Made by a program: the position numbers and the translations under genes. DNA of 44,247 bases from Limnochordia bacterium (lineage in GTDB: Bacteria; Bacillota; Limnochordia; JAAZLZ01). Below the pieces are notes generated by a model. That model saw nothing but the letters and a program-made list of their open reading frames with translations, was not told the origin of the DNA and ran no database searches. The DNA lies in NCBI GenBank assembly GCA_050944915.1, contig JBMNRY010000003.1:1-44247 (forward strand), given 5' to 3'. Numbering within the stretch: position 1 is the stretch's first letter; every line of letters starts with the position of its first letter. Shown in pieces: positions 7,309 to 17,686 of this stretch.

Positions 7309-8133
7309 TCAACGTTGACACCGGGGACAATAATAACTACTTCTGCCGCCAATTTTGATCCTGTCAATGGATTCCTCACAGGAGGGACAGGGTTCCCCCC
7401 GTCGACCATAAACCCGCAATTGATTCTGGAACTGTCCTCGTTCTCCCCTGCTATCCCTATAATCCCTGATGGAACTGCCACCAGCCGCGACGGCCTCCTG
7501 GAGGGTGGCGATGATGGCCTGGTGGAGTCTGTCCACCTCTTCCTCAGTTAAGGAACCGGCAGGTCGCAAGGGATGAATTCCGCTGCGGAAAAGACTCTCA
7601 TCGGCATAAATATTTCCCAACCCGGCGATGAAGCGTTGATCCAAAAGCCAAGACTTAAGTTTCATACGCCGCTGGGCCAGCATTTGCCCCAGTTGCTCCC
7701 TGGTAAACCCTGGTTCCAAGGGTTCGATCCCCGATGTTCGCAAGGCGGCCATGGTGCTCTCATCCCCGTCGGGTAGAAAATCGACGGTGGCAAATTTCCG
7801 TAGATCGACCAGATGGATTTCCCGCCCTCCATCGAGACCCATGCGAAAGGTGGTATGCTTTTGTAGAGGCGTCCCTTGGGGCATCACCAACAGCTGGCCG
7901 GTCATCCGTAAGTGGACCACCAGTTTGGCCCCCGAGGAAAGCTCCATGATCAAATGCTTCCCCCGGCGGCCAAAGCCAGTTAATGTCCTACCGATGAGTT
8001 GGGGGACCAATTCCCCCTCGGTGGTATTGCGTAAAGCCTTAGTCAAGTAAAGCTCAAAGCTGGTAATCTGGGCTCCCAGGATGCGGGCGCTTAAATCCCG
8101 ACGAATAGTTTCTACTTCCGGTAATTCAGGCAA
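7309..8133 (-). CDS. mutM: Formamidopyrimidine-DNA glycosylase
   Basis: N-terminal MPELPEVET, RRGKHL, HLRMTG, GLGNIYADE and C-terminal zinc finger CPSC..CPRCQ. Confidence 0.97.
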   Translation of the reverse strand: MPELPEVETIRRDLSARILGAQITSFELYLTKALRNTTEGELVPQLIGRTLTGFGRRGKHLIMELSSGAKLVVHLRMTGQLLVMPQGTPLQKHTTFRMGLDGGREIHLVDLRKFATVDFLPDGDESTMAALRTSGIEPLEPGFTREQLGQMLAQRRMKLKSWLLDQRFIAGLGNIYADESLFRSGIHPLRPAGSLTEEEVDRLHQAIIATLQEAVAAGGSSIRDYRDSRGERGQFQNQLRVYGRRGEPCPSCEESIDRIKIGGRSSYYCPRCQR

Positions 8134-10725
8134 TCAACTTTCATCCTCTGCTGTGTAGGGCTGGACATCATTCCAGTTGTCGCCCACCTTGATCTCAACT
8201 AACAAAGGTACTTTTAATTCTACCACATTTTCCATCACTTCTTGAACTACTTTTGCCAAGGACGGGATATCCTCCCGGGGTGCTTCAAAGACCAGCTCGT
8301 CGTGGACTTGCAGCAATAAATGACCGGGGTAATCCCTTTGGGCCAATTGAATCATGGCCAATTTGATGATATCGGCGGCGGTGCCTTGGATGGGGCTATT
8401 CATAGCCATCCGTTCCGCAAACTGTCGTCGGGTCCAATTACGGCTGCGGATTTCCGGCAGATAGCGGCGCCGGCCGAACATAGTTTGGACATAACCATTC
8501 TCTTTGGCCCCGGCGATGGTTTCATCGATAAAAGCCTTGACCCCGGGATAGCGGGCAAAGTATTTATCGATGTAAGCTTGGGCTTCAGTTCTGCTCAAAC
8601 CGGTCCCTTTAGCTAAGCCAAAGCTGCTGATCCCATAGATGATCCCAAAATTGATGGCCTTGGCATTATTCCGTAACTCCGGTGTCACCTGATCCAAAGG
8701 CAGATCGAAAACTTCCGCAGCCGTGCGGGAGTGGATATCTTGGCCTTCGGTAAAGGCATCGATGAGATTTTCATCCCCCGACATATGGGCTAAAACCCGG
8801 AGTTCGATTTGGGAGTAGTCGGCAGTCAACAGGGCCCAATGGGGCTGGCCGGGGACGAAAGCCCGGCGGATTTGCCTACCCGCCTCGGTCCTGATGGGGA
8901 TGTTTTGCAAATTAGGATCACTGGAACTTAAGCGACCCGTCGCGGTAACCGTTTGATGGAAAGTGGTATGGATCCGCCCCGTGTGGGGATTGATCAACAT
9001 AGGCAGGGCATGGACATAGGTCGACAAGAGTTTCGCCGTCTGCCGATACTCCAAAAGCCCTGCAACCATAGGGTGTTTATCGGCCAACTCTTCCAGTACT
9101 TCGGCGCTGGTCGAGGGGCCTGTTTTCGTCTTTTTTATCACGGGCAAACCTAGTTTGTCAAACAGGATCCGACCCAATTGCTTGGGGGAGTTGATGTTGA
9201 AGCTCTCCCCGGCCAAAGCATAGATTTCTTCAGTAAGCTTGGCCAGCTCCCCTTCCATCTGCTTTTCCAGCCCTTGTAAATAGACTCCATCGATTTTGAT
9301 CCCCCGCTCTTCCATCCCAGCCAGGATGGGCGAGAGGGGCATTTCCATCTCCTCATATAATTCATCGAGCTTCTGCTCCTGTAACTTTACAGGCAAAAGC
9401 TCATCGAGCTGAGCTAGCCCCCCCAACCAAGCCGCCGGCTCCCCTGGCAATTCCTGACCAAAATATTGGTTGTAAACATAGTCCAGATCGAGGCGGTTTT
9501 CCCCGGGATTTAACAAATAGGCGGCTAACATGGGATCGGAAGTAACCCCCTGGATGGTTAGGCCCCGCTCCCTTAAGGCGCGGATTTGATCCTTAGCCCC
9601 ATAGATGATCTTCTCCCTGTGGGGATCGGCCAAAGTCTCTTGCCATCCGCGGACAAACTCATCCCAAAGGGACGTTCCCCCAGGGATATAATATCCCTTA
9701 CCATCTTGGAGGAGCCCCAATCCCGGCCCTTGAGGGAAATAGTGGAGATAGATCTTCCCAACCCCAGGGGCTGGCAGCTCATCTCCTTCCTCGACAAAGG
9801 TTAGGGGAGGAAATTCCCCTTGGACGGAGACTGTTTTCTCCTGCTCTGGGGGAGAGCCGAACTGTTCCTGGACCCGCCGGTAGAGGCCTTTGAATTCCAG
9901 CTTTTGAAATATTTCATCGATGGTAGCCCAATCGGGAGGCGCGATCCGACAGGCTCCCACCGATAGATCCAGGGGCACCTCGGTACAAATAGTGGCCAAT
10001 TCCTTAGACAAAAGACCCTGCTGGCCATGTTCGGCTAGGAGTTTCTGCAGCCGCTTAGTCAATCGGTCTTGATTGGCGAGGACCTCTTCCACAGTGGCGT
10101 ACTCCCGCAGCAGTTTTTCCGCGGTCTTCGGCCCCACCCCAGGAATACCGGGAATGTTATCGGATTGGTCTCCCACCAATCCCTTGTAATCAGCAACTTG
10201 CCAGGGATGAACCCCCAGCTTTTCCCGCACCCCATCGGCATCCATCTCATCCATATTGGTGATGCCCCGCCGGGTTAATAAAACAGTAATCCGATCATCG
10301 ACCAGCTGTAAACAATCGTTATCACCGGTGACGATGTAGACCCGAAAACCGGCCGCGGCAGCCTTTTTGGCCATAGTGCCGATTATGTCATCAGCTTCAT
10401 AACCATCGAGCTGACTGGTGGTGATCCCTAAGGCGGTGACGATCTGTTCCACATAATCCAGCTGACCGGCCAATGCCTCGGGCATCTTCTCCCGATGGGC
10501 TTTGTAGTCCGCGAATCTCTCATGGCGAAAGGTTGGTGCCTTGCGATCAAAGGCGACCACAAGACAATGGGGATCCCGCTCTTGGAGCAACCGCAAGAGC
10601 ATATTAACGAAGCCATAAACCGCGTTGGTATGTTCCCCTCCCGCCGTGGTCATCTCCGGCAGTGCATAGAAAGCCCGATGGACTAGACTATGGCCATCGA
10701 TCAAATAAAAGGTTTCGTCCGACAT
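8134..10725 (-). CDS. polA: DNA polymerase I
   Basis: 5'-3' exonuclease (LIDGHSLVHRAF, YEADD, GDQSDNIPG) and polymerase motifs (TGRLSSSDPNLQNIP, ADYSQIELR, KAINFGIIYG, QVHDEL). Confidence 0.98.
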   Translation of the reverse strand: MSDETFYLIDGHSLVHRAFYALPEMTTAGGEHTNAVYGFVNMLLRLLQERDPHCLVVAFDRKAPTFRHERFADYKAHREKMPEALAGQLDYVEQIVTALGITTSQLDGYEADDIIGTMAKKAAAAGFRVYIVTGDNDCLQLVDDRITVLLTRRGITNMDEMDADGVREKLGVHPWQVADYKGLVGDQSDNIPGIPGVGPKTAEKLLREYATVEEVLANQDRLTKRLQKLLAEHGQQGLLSKELATICTEVPLDLSVGACRIAPPDWATIDEIFQKLEFKGLYRRVQEQFGSPPEQEKTVSVQGEFPPLTFVEEGDELPAPGVGKIYLHYFPQGPGLGLLQDGKGYYIPGGTSLWDEFVRGWQETLADPHREKIIYGAKDQIRALRERGLTIQGVTSDPMLAAYLLNPGENRLDLDYVYNQYFGQELPGEPAAWLGGLAQLDELLPVKLQEQKLDELYEEMEMPLSPILAGMEERGIKIDGVYLQGLEKQMEGELAKLTEEIYALAGESFNINSPKQLGRILFDKLGLPVIKKTKTGPSTSAEVLEELADKHPMVAGLLEYRQTAKLLSTYVHALPMLINPHTGRIHTTFHQTVTATGRLSSSDPNLQNIPIRTEAGRQIRRAFVPGQPHWALLTADYSQIELRVLAHMSGDENLIDAFTEGQDIHSRTAAEVFDLPLDQVTPELRNNAKAINFGIIYGISSFGLAKGTGLSRTEAQAYIDKYFARYPGVKAFIDETIAGAKENGYVQTMFGRRRYLPEIRSRNWTRRQFAERMAMNSPIQGTAADIIKLAMIQLAQRDYPGHLLLQVHDELVFEAPREDIPSLAKVVQEVMENVVELKVPLLVEIKVGDNWNDVQPYTAEDES

Positions 10726-10800
10726 CGATATCCCCCATTTCCAAAGTTACCAAAGCTGGCCAATACCGGTTACAAGTGGCTTTCCCCCCGATAATTGCTG

Positions 10801-10828
10801 GCAGGAAGGATGTAGCCCCTGCCGAAAT
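10801..10828 (+). promoter_or_regulatory. SigH-like promoter upstream of SLH-protein gene
   Basis: GCAGGA-17 nt-GAAAT (GCAGGAAGGATGTAGCCCCTGCCGAAAT), about 50 nt before the ATG. Confidence 0.5.
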
Positions 10829-10876
10829 CCTCACTTGGAACCGGGATCTCTAGACCCAGCGAAAGGAGCTAGCAAC

Positions 10877-12073
10877 ATGTCCTCCAGAAAATCACTAACT
10901 AAGATCATAGTCTTCATCCTTTTAACCCTTTTAACCACCAACGTAGGGCTGGCTTCCGATTTAACAGGCCATTGGGCCCAACAAGATATTCTAGAGCTAG
11001 CCGAATTAGGGGTCTTTGAAACTTACTCCGACGGCAGCTTTCGCCCCCAAGAGGCTATTACCAGAGGTGATTTCGCCATCAAGTTGGCGAAAACCTTCGA
11101 TTACCAGCCTTCGACCCGGAATTCCTTCGCCGATTTGGCTGGACATCGGGCCCAAAACTACATCAACGGGCTGGTCCAAGGGGGGGTCATCCCCCAGGAG
11201 GAAGAAGCTTTCCGACCCGATGAGCCCATCACCAGGGCTGAAGCCGTCAGCATGCTCTTAGGCGGTGTCCAATTAGGTGAAGTGGTGGCTAATGTCGCTT
11301 CTTCCGAGAGCCCTTTCCAAGATGTGGAACTTGATCATCCCCACGCCGGGGCCATCGAATTGGCCGGCAGCCTAGGGATTCTTCCCCCTGCCTTTAGCGA
11401 TCGTTTCCACCCCGATAGCCACCTCACCAGGGGGGAAGCAGCAGTCATGCTTAACAGCGCCCGGGCTTTGGAAGTGATCAAAGGTTCCGTCCGACAGGTC
11501 AATAATTACTTTAGTTCCATGACCATGACCACCTTATCTGGTGAAAACCATGAGATCACCTTAACACCGTCGACCATCGTTTATCGCAACAACGTTCCTT
11601 CCGGTTTGGAGAACATCCTCAATGGGGACCGGGTGGAAGTCATCGTCGCCGAGGAAGGCCCCCGCTTTATCCAAGCCCAAGGGATCGTCACCGAAGCCGA
11701 TGTCTTGACGAAGGTCAGTCAGCTGACGGGTAATATCCTTAGTCCCAGTCAAATTAAGGCCCTCATGGGCGGTAATTGGAACCAAAGCGAAGATGCCCTC
11801 CGCCTTAGCCTTTATGATCAACTCTTAGTCCTCGGTTTCGAGCCCATGGAGGCCGAACTAATCATCAGCCAAGATTGGGCCGGATTGCAGAAGCTCAGCC
11901 AAGAAGCCTTCTTCGCGGCCCTCATGGAAACCATCGGGGAGATCCCCTCTTATCCCGGCGGTATTCCCCTACCGCAACTCCAAGGAGAAACCTCCCAACT
12001 GCTGCAGCAGGGCTTGGCTAACATCGATCCGAACCAATTGTACAGTTTAGCCCAAGACCTCTTTAATCGTTAG
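10877..12073 (+). CDS. S-layer homology (SLH) domain protein with uncharacterised C-terminal domains
   Basis: Signal peptide followed by three SLH repeats (DLTGHWA..FRPQEAITRGDF; FRPDEPITRAEA; FHPDSHLTRGEA). Start moved to ATG 10877 after AAAGGAG. Confidence 0.85.
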   Translation: MSSRKSLTKIIVFILLTLLTTNVGLASDLTGHWAQQDILELAELGVFETYSDGSFRPQEAITRGDFAIKLAKTFDYQPSTRNSFADLAGHRAQNYINGLVQGGVIPQEEEAFRPDEPITRAEAVSMLLGGVQLGEVVANVASSESPFQDVELDHPHAGAIELAGSLGILPPAFSDRFHPDSHLTRGEAAVMLNSARALEVIKGSVRQVNNYFSSMTMTTLSGENHEITLTPSTIVYRNNVPSGLENILNGDRVEVIVAEEGPRFIQAQGIVTEADVLTKVSQLTGNILSPSQIKALMGGNWNQSEDALRLSLYDQLLVLGFEPMEAELIISQDWAGLQKLSQEAFFAALMETIGEIPSYPGGIPLPQLQGETSQLLQQGLANIDPNQLYSLAQDLFNR

Positions 12074-13515
12074 TCCCTTAGGGCCGGGCTTCCCGGCCCT
12101 TCATATTCGATCATCACCTCTAAGGAGTCGGGATCCCACCGGTAACGCCAACCGGGAATAGTTTTTTGTAAATCTTTCAAGGCTACGTAGATCCGTCCTC
12201 CCCGAATCCGGCCTTCCAATCGGTAATATCCATCGACGATAGCCGTCTGGCCGTCCCAACTGAGACGCCATCCTAACCTATCCATCAATGGTCGCAAGGG
12301 CACTAAAGGACCCTGAGGACTCAGATAAGCCTCCTCGGTGAGAAGCTGGCCTTGGAAGATAACCCGGGGTCGAGCAACCCAGGCCACGGGTGCCTCGGGT
12401 TCCCAGATACAGCGGATACCGATATAATCCTCGACGGTGGCGGTAGAAATAAAGGCTCGCCCACCGATGTTGAGATAATCGACCCTTTGGCCGTCGATAG
12501 ATAACCGTCGTTCCACGGAATCCCAAGCCAGAGGCACATGATACCGCTGGGCTAGTGGGTCCGCCTCTACATACAGTTCATTATCGACTACAAAGGTGAG
12601 GACCGGCAGGAGTTCCTCCCCATCCCCTAGTCTGATCCGGTGGAAATCGGGGCTAGCCCCTAACCAGTAATAGCAAAGGCCCAACCTTTTTTTGGCCTCT
12701 GCCAAAGGTAGTAGGGTGGTGCTCCCCAACTTAATGGCACCTGTACCGGGCAAAGCCATCAGCTTTCCCCGTTCTTCCAGGGGCTCCAAAGGTACTAGGA
12801 TCTCCTCCCCCCACAAGACACCGGTGGCCACCAGCTCCCCTTCCCAGTAAAGGGGAAGGGCTAAGGGGATAGGTTGGGGCTTTCCGGTGGGCCGCTGGAC
12901 TATGTAGGTCAAAAAATCCCGGTGGATCGGGCCGATGCTCAGTTGGCTCAACTTCTCCCAAAGGAGGGATAGGGGATCCCCGGCCCGGCCATAGATATCG
13001 GGGTAGACAATTATGTAGGGCTTGCCCCGGAGGGGATCTAATCCAACCAGGACCGTTTCATAAAGGAACTCCACCGGGGTTCCGATGGTCACCATCTCCG
13101 TCAACTCTTCCACATCTCGATTGAGCATCCGGATACAGCCTGCCGATACGGCACTGCCGATGGAACTAGGCCGGTTGGTACCGTGGATGCCATAGCCGGG
13201 AAGGTCCAATCCCAGCCACCGGGTGCCCACGGGATTATCGGGACCTGGTGGGATGGGCTCCAAACCCTTAAGGTACCAATCGGGGGGATAATAGGTCGGA
13301 TCGACGACCTTGTTAATGATTTTCCTCTCTCCAAGGAGGGATGGGGAGACGACTTGGCCGACCGCAATGGGGTAAGAACGCAGGGGGAGATGGTCTTCGT
13401 ATAGATACAAGGTATAGGCGGGCAAGTTGATTAGAATCCTTCGACTACCTTGGGCTAGACCGGTAAACGCCAAGATCACGACCAAGAAGATAACGATCCA
13501 TGGCCAACGACCCAT
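12070..13515 (-). CDS. L,D-transpeptidase (YkuD) with C-terminal copper-amine-oxidase N-terminal-like (stalk) repeats
   Basis: Signal peptide, ILINLPAYTLY..YPIAVG, PPGPDNPVGTRW, GIHGT..SAGCIRM (catalytic His and Cys). C-terminal 'LVPLRPLMDRLGWRLSWD'-type repeats. Start ATG 13515 with AGGAGAGG RBS (ORF track gives 13551). Confidence 0.85.
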   Translation of the reverse strand: MGRWPWIVIFLVVILAFTGLAQGSRRILINLPAYTLYLYEDHLPLRSYPIAVGQVVSPSLLGERKIINKVVDPTYYPPDWYLKGLEPIPPGPDNPVGTRWLGLDLPGYGIHGTNRPSSIGSAVSAGCIRMLNRDVEELTEMVTIGTPVEFLYETVLVGLDPLRGKPYIIVYPDIYGRAGDPLSLLWEKLSQLSIGPIHRDFLTYIVQRPTGKPQPIPLALPLYWEGELVATGVLWGEEILVPLEPLEERGKLMALPGTGAIKLGSTTLLPLAEAKKRLGLCYYWLGASPDFHRIRLGDGEELLPVLTFVVDNELYVEADPLAQRYHVPLAWDSVERRLSIDGQRVDYLNIGGRAFISTATVEDYIGIRCIWEPEAPVAWVARPRVIFQGQLLTEEAYLSPQGPLVPLRPLMDRLGWRLSWDGQTAIVDGYYRLEGRIRGGRIYVALKDLQKTIPGWRYRWDPDSLEVMIEYEGPGSPALRD

Positions 13516-13581
13516 GATGCCTCTCCTTTCTACCATAACAGGATCATACATATATCCCCCGTCCTTTCCTTTCTACAAGGG

Positions 13582-13607
13582 AAAAGCCGGGCAAGCTGCA
13601 CCGGCTA
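13582..13607 (-). terminator. Intrinsic terminator after dgkA
   Basis: Minus strand AGCCGG-TGCAGCTTGC-CCGGCT-TTTCC overlapping the dgkA stop codon. Confidence 0.6.
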
Positions 13608-13967
13608 GTAAAACAGAGTCCCTATTTTTGGTAAGAAGATGATGACACCCACTACGACGGCCATAATGGCGGCGATGAGGACACCTCCAGCCGCTAGATC
13701 CTTGGCCCTGGCGGCCAAGGGATGATACTCTTCGGTGGCTAAGTCAACCACCGTCTCGATGACGGTATTAAAAATCTCAGCTATGATCACCAACCCGATA
13801 CACAGGATCACCACCACCAGCTCCGGCCTCGACAACGGTAGGATGTAACCGGCCATCAAGACTAACAAGGCGCATCCCAAGTGAATCCGCATATTCCGTT
13901 GGGTTTGTACTGCCGTACGCAGACCTGACCAGGCATCCCGAAAACTGTCTTTAAGGGGCCGAACCAT
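13605..13967 (-). CDS. dgkA: Diacylglycerol/undecaprenol kinase (DgkA family)
   Basis: SF..A.SG, QRNMRIH, EIFNTVIETVVDL and AKDLAAG motifs. Follows ybeY. Confidence 0.92.
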   Translation of the reverse strand: MVRPLKDSFRDAWSGLRTAVQTQRNMRIHLGCALLVLMAGYILPLSRPELVVVILCIGLVIIAEIFNTVIETVVDLATEEYHPLAARAKDLAAGGVLIAAIMAVVVGVIIFLPKIGTLFY

Positions 13968-13978
13968 CGCTGCCTCCT

Positions 13979-14410
13979 CTAGTCATCCCGGCTCAGCTGG
14001 AAGGCGGCCAATAACTCCTCTTCCCGCTGCCGCATAGCTTCTTTTTCCGCCGGAGTCTCATGATCATAGCCCAACAGGTGAAAAATTCCGTGGGTTGTCA
14101 AATAGGCTAGTTCCCGCTGGAGGGAATGGCCGTAGGCGCCAGCCTGCTCTTGGGCCCGGGCCACATTGATGATGATCTCTCCCACCAGGGGATTGGGTTC
14201 CAAAGGGAAGGATAGGACATCGGTGGGCCGGGGTTGCCCCCTGAACCGTTGATTCAGTTCCTGAATAGTCGGCCCATCGACAAAGACGATATTGACTTCC
14301 TCGATGGAGACATCATGATCAGCGGCCGCCCTTTGCACCAGGTCCACCAAGATCCTTTCTAGTTCAGCCGCCAATGGGATATCTTGTTGGTTGATTACGG
14401 TAATGCCCAC
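13979..14410 (-). CDS. ybeY: rRNA maturation endoribonuclease YbeY
   Basis: LNQRFRG..PTDVLSFP and HGIFHLLGYDH zinc motif. Start moved to GTG 14410 (GGAG RBS). Confidence 0.94.
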   Translation of the reverse strand: MGITVINQQDIPLAAELERILVDLVQRAAADHDVSIEEVNIVFVDGPTIQELNQRFRGQPRPTDVLSFPLEPNPLVGEIIINVARAQEQAGAYGHSLQRELAYLTTHGIFHLLGYDHETPAEKEAMRQREEELLAAFQLSRDD

Positions 14411-14414
14411 CAGA

Positions 14415-16589
14415 TCAACTCCGTTTCCCTTGGAGCTCCGAGAGCAATTTCTCGGGATACTCAACCCGATTGTGGAAGATCCCCGAAAGAACCTTAGTAA
14501 AGGCGGCAGCCACCTTATCCAGATCCTTCAAGGTTAGATCGCTTTCATCGAGCTGACCGTCATTTAACCGTTCCTTAATGATCTTATGAACTAAGGCTTC
14601 GATCCGGTCCGGGGTAGGCCGGGCCAAAGACCGAACAGCGGCTTCTACAGCATCGGCCAACATAATCAAAGCTGCTTCCTTAGTCTGGGGTCGGGGCCCG
14701 CCGTAGCGAAAATCAGTCTCTTGGACCCCGTCATCTTTATTGAGTTCCGTCGCCTTATGGTAGAAGAATTTCACCAGATCGGTGCCATGGTGCTGCTGAA
14801 TCAAAGCGACGATATCCTCCGGCAGCCTCGATTCCCGGGCCAGCTCTACCCCTTCCTTCACATGGGAAATGATGATCAAGGTGCTCAAACTAGGCGATAT
14901 TTTCTCATGGGGATTCTCATCACCAAATTGATTCTCCACGAAGAAATTGGGCCGTTTCAGCTTGCCGATATCGTGGTAGTAAGCCCCCACCCTGGCTAAG
15001 AGGGGATCGCCATGGACCACCTCCGCAGCCGCCTCCGCCAAATTACCGACGACGATACTATGGTGATAGGTTCCCGGTGTTTCGATTAACAACCTCCGCA
15101 GCAGAGGTTGGTTAGGGTTGGCCAACTCCAACAAGCGGATGGGAGAAGTGATCCCAAAAATACTCTCCAGATAGGGCAAAAAGCCGATGGTCAACACTGC
15201 GGACACCAATCCATTACCCAAACCTAGAAAGGAATAGGTCAGGGCAAAATAGTCGGAACTGATGGTACCGCTGGCCACCATAGCTAAGAAACTGGCAGCT
15301 CCAGCGAAAAAACCAGCCCGCATCACGTCGCTCCGCTGGCTGACCTTGGAGACACTGAACACCCCGGAAAAACCGCCGATGAGGGCTACAAAGACCATAC
15401 CGAAGTCGTTACCCATTAACAGCCCGGTGATGACCCCTAAGACCAACACGACCATTAGAGCTAAACGGGAATCGAGAAGCAAGGCAACCAGCATTCCCCC
15501 GAAGGCTACGGGGATTAAATAACCCATCCCGATCCAAGGAATGAGGCTTAGGATCTTGGCGATAAAGGTCATGACGACGAGAATGAGGCCTAGGAGGGCC
15601 GTCAGCCGCTCTTCTTGCAGATTTCGCGGTAGGAACTGGAAAATATAGACGCCGATTAACCCCAGTAACAACAAGACGACGAGGACGATGCCCAACAAAG
15701 CGAGATAATTTGGTCGACGGCGTAACATACCTAAATCGCTAAGGATCTGCAATTGTTCTTGACTGACCACATCGCCTTTCCGGACGATGATCTGGTCCTT
15801 CAAGATGACCACCGGTTCAACGGAATCGCTGGCCTGCTGGCGAATGAGGGCCATCTTTTCTTCGTTGAGGACCAAATTGGGCCGTAGCACTTCCGCTAGA
15901 CAGGAAGCCAACGCGGCCCGCAACTCGGTGCGCACGGGAAGCTCGCCAACGACCTCCGTCATTTCATTACGCACCTGCCGGAGGTTCTCTTCGGAAATGC
16001 GTCGATGGAGGAGAAATTGATCGCTGATCTCCAATCCATATTGGCGCAGTTGGACCAATTCCTCCTGGTCGGCCAAAAGGAGACGCCTTAAGGTATTCTC
16101 ATCGATGATCAGACTGCGGGAGACCCGCAGCTCCTCTTGGAGAAGGCCCACGGCCCGGTCCAGGGATTCCCCCCCAGGGCTGGGGCTGACTTCCGCTTGG
16201 TAAGCACCAGGGAAAAATTCATGGCGAAAGAGATCGACCATTTCAAAGATCTGTTCTAAATCCTGCCTGGCCACCGTCGCCCCTTGGGGAGAAATCTCAT
16301 AATTAGCCGGATTGGCTTCCCCTTCCTGCTGGGCCTTATGGACCGCATCCTCCTTCAAGCGCTGGGTGCGGTAGCGGTTGACAACGGTCCTAGGGGCCTG
16401 GATATCTTCCCGGGCCACCTGACCGGGCGCGATATCGATGGCGTTGGGTACAAAATCGGCCAAAAGGATGCCTGCCATGGCGACGAAGACGATACTGGCT
16501 AAAAGCCATTGGCGAACGGCCAGGTTGTCCAGTAGGCCGTGACGAAAGACCCTACCTGTTAGTTTTTTTACCCGTTCCCATACAGCCAT
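14415..16589 (-). CDS. pgpH: 7TM-HD cyclic-di-AMP phosphodiesterase PgpH (YqfF)
   Basis: Extracellular 7TMR-HDED domain, 7 TM segments and HD domain (PGTYHHS, YYHDIGK, QQHHGT, MLADAVEAA). Canonical phoH-pgpH-ybeY order. Confidence 0.9.
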   Translation of the reverse strand: MAVWERVKKLTGRVFRHGLLDNLAVRQWLLASIVFVAMAGILLADFVPNAIDIAPGQVAREDIQAPRTVVNRYRTQRLKEDAVHKAQQEGEANPANYEISPQGATVARQDLEQIFEMVDLFRHEFFPGAYQAEVSPSPGGESLDRAVGLLQEELRVSRSLIIDENTLRRLLLADQEELVQLRQYGLEISDQFLLHRRISEENLRQVRNEMTEVVGELPVRTELRAALASCLAEVLRPNLVLNEEKMALIRQQASDSVEPVVILKDQIIVRKGDVVSQEQLQILSDLGMLRRRPNYLALLGIVLVVLLLLGLIGVYIFQFLPRNLQEERLTALLGLILVVMTFIAKILSLIPWIGMGYLIPVAFGGMLVALLLDSRLALMVVLVLGVITGLLMGNDFGMVFVALIGGFSGVFSVSKVSQRSDVMRAGFFAGAASFLAMVASGTISSDYFALTYSFLGLGNGLVSAVLTIGFLPYLESIFGITSPIRLLELANPNQPLLRRLLIETPGTYHHSIVVGNLAEAAAEVVHGDPLLARVGAYYHDIGKLKRPNFFVENQFGDENPHEKISPSLSTLIIISHVKEGVELARESRLPEDIVALIQQHHGTDLVKFFYHKATELNKDDGVQETDFRYGGPRPQTKEAALIMLADAVEAAVRSLARPTPDRIEALVHKIIKERLNDGQLDESDLTLKDLDKVAAAFTKVLSGIFHNRVEYPEKLLSELQGKRS

Positions 16590-16609
16590 ACCTAATCACT
16601 CCAGTTAAG

Positions 16610-17641
16610 CTATGCTAGCTTCGGCTCCTGTTCCATTGGGACACGGGAATTCCCTTGGGAAACCTTATGATCCGCTTTCATCGCATCGTAACGTTCATAG
16701 GCGTTAATAATCCGCTGAACTAAGGGATGGCGGACCACATCCCGCTCCGATAGATAGACAAAATCTATACCTTCCACACCGGCCAAAATGTTTTGCACTT
16801 CGATCAGCCCCGATTCCTTACCGTTGGGCAAGTCCCGTTGGGTGATATCACCGGTGATGACCGCCTTAGAACCGAAGCCTAATCGGGTGAGGAACATCTT
16901 CATTTGTTCCGGCGTAGTGTTTTGAGCCTCATCGAGGATGATGAAGGAATCTTCCAAGGTGCGACCCCGCATATAGGCTAGGGGGGCGACTTCGATGATC
17001 CCCCGTTCCACCGCCTTTTGATAGGCATCTACCCCTAAGATCTCGTATAATGCATCATATAAAGGCCGCAAATAGGGGTCAACCTTATCCTGGAGATCGC
17101 CGGGCAAAAAGCCTAGGTTTTCCCCGGCTTCCACCGCCGGTCTGGTGAGGATGATTCGTCCATATTCTTTGCGTTTCAGCCCAGCAATAGCCATGGCCAT
17201 GGCTAGATAGGTTTTGCCGGTACCGGCAGGACCAATGCAAAAGACGATCCCGTGTTTCTTAATCGATTCGATATATCTTTTCTGTCCCAGGGTCTTCGGT
17301 CGAATTTGCTTGCCTCGGGCAGTAACTTGAATCACTTCACCGCCAATTTCCTGCCAGGAGGTTTTCTCCCCTTCCTTGATTAGGGAGATGGCGTAAGCTA
17401 CCTCTTGGGGCGTGATCAAATGGCGCCCCCTTGCCCGCAGGAGCAAGCTTTCCAGGACCTGCTTGACCTTGTCCACTTTCCCTGGAGAACCGATGATGGT
17501 CAATTCATTTCCCCGGGGTACAATTTGGACAGCGAATTCCCTTTCGATGTTGAGCAGGTGTTCATCACCCCGCCCACATAGGTTCAAAGCAGTAGCATTA
17601 TCTTCTACTACCAATTTGACTTTACTCGAAGTTGTGTTCAA
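16610..17641 (-). CDS. phoH: PhoH-family ATPase
   Basis: [35 protein letters not shown] and GDITQ motifs. Confidence 0.96.
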   Translation of the reverse strand: MNTTSSKVKLVVEDNATALNLCGRGDEHLLNIEREFAVQIVPRGNELTIIGSPGKVDKVKQVLESLLLRARGRHLITPQEVAYAISLIKEGEKTSWQEIGGEVIQVTARGKQIRPKTLGQKRYIESIKKHGIVFCIGPAGTGKTYLAMAMAIAGLKRKEYGRIILTRPAVEAGENLGFLPGDLQDKVDPYLRPLYDALYEILGVDAYQKAVERGIIEVAPLAYMRGRTLEDSFIILDEAQNTTPEQMKMFLTRLGFGSKAVITGDITQRDLPNGKESGLIEVQNILAGVEGIDFVYLSERDVVRHPLVQRIINAYERYDAMKADHKVSQGNSRVPMEQEPKLA

Positions 17642-17686
17642 ACTTCTCCATTACCCCCCATCGAGACTATCTATCATTTTATTTTA

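Noticed and set aside
9300-9850. Degenerate 3'-5' exonuclease domain of PolA
   Set aside because: Loss of proofreading motifs in Pol I is normal for Bacillota; this is not a pseudogene.
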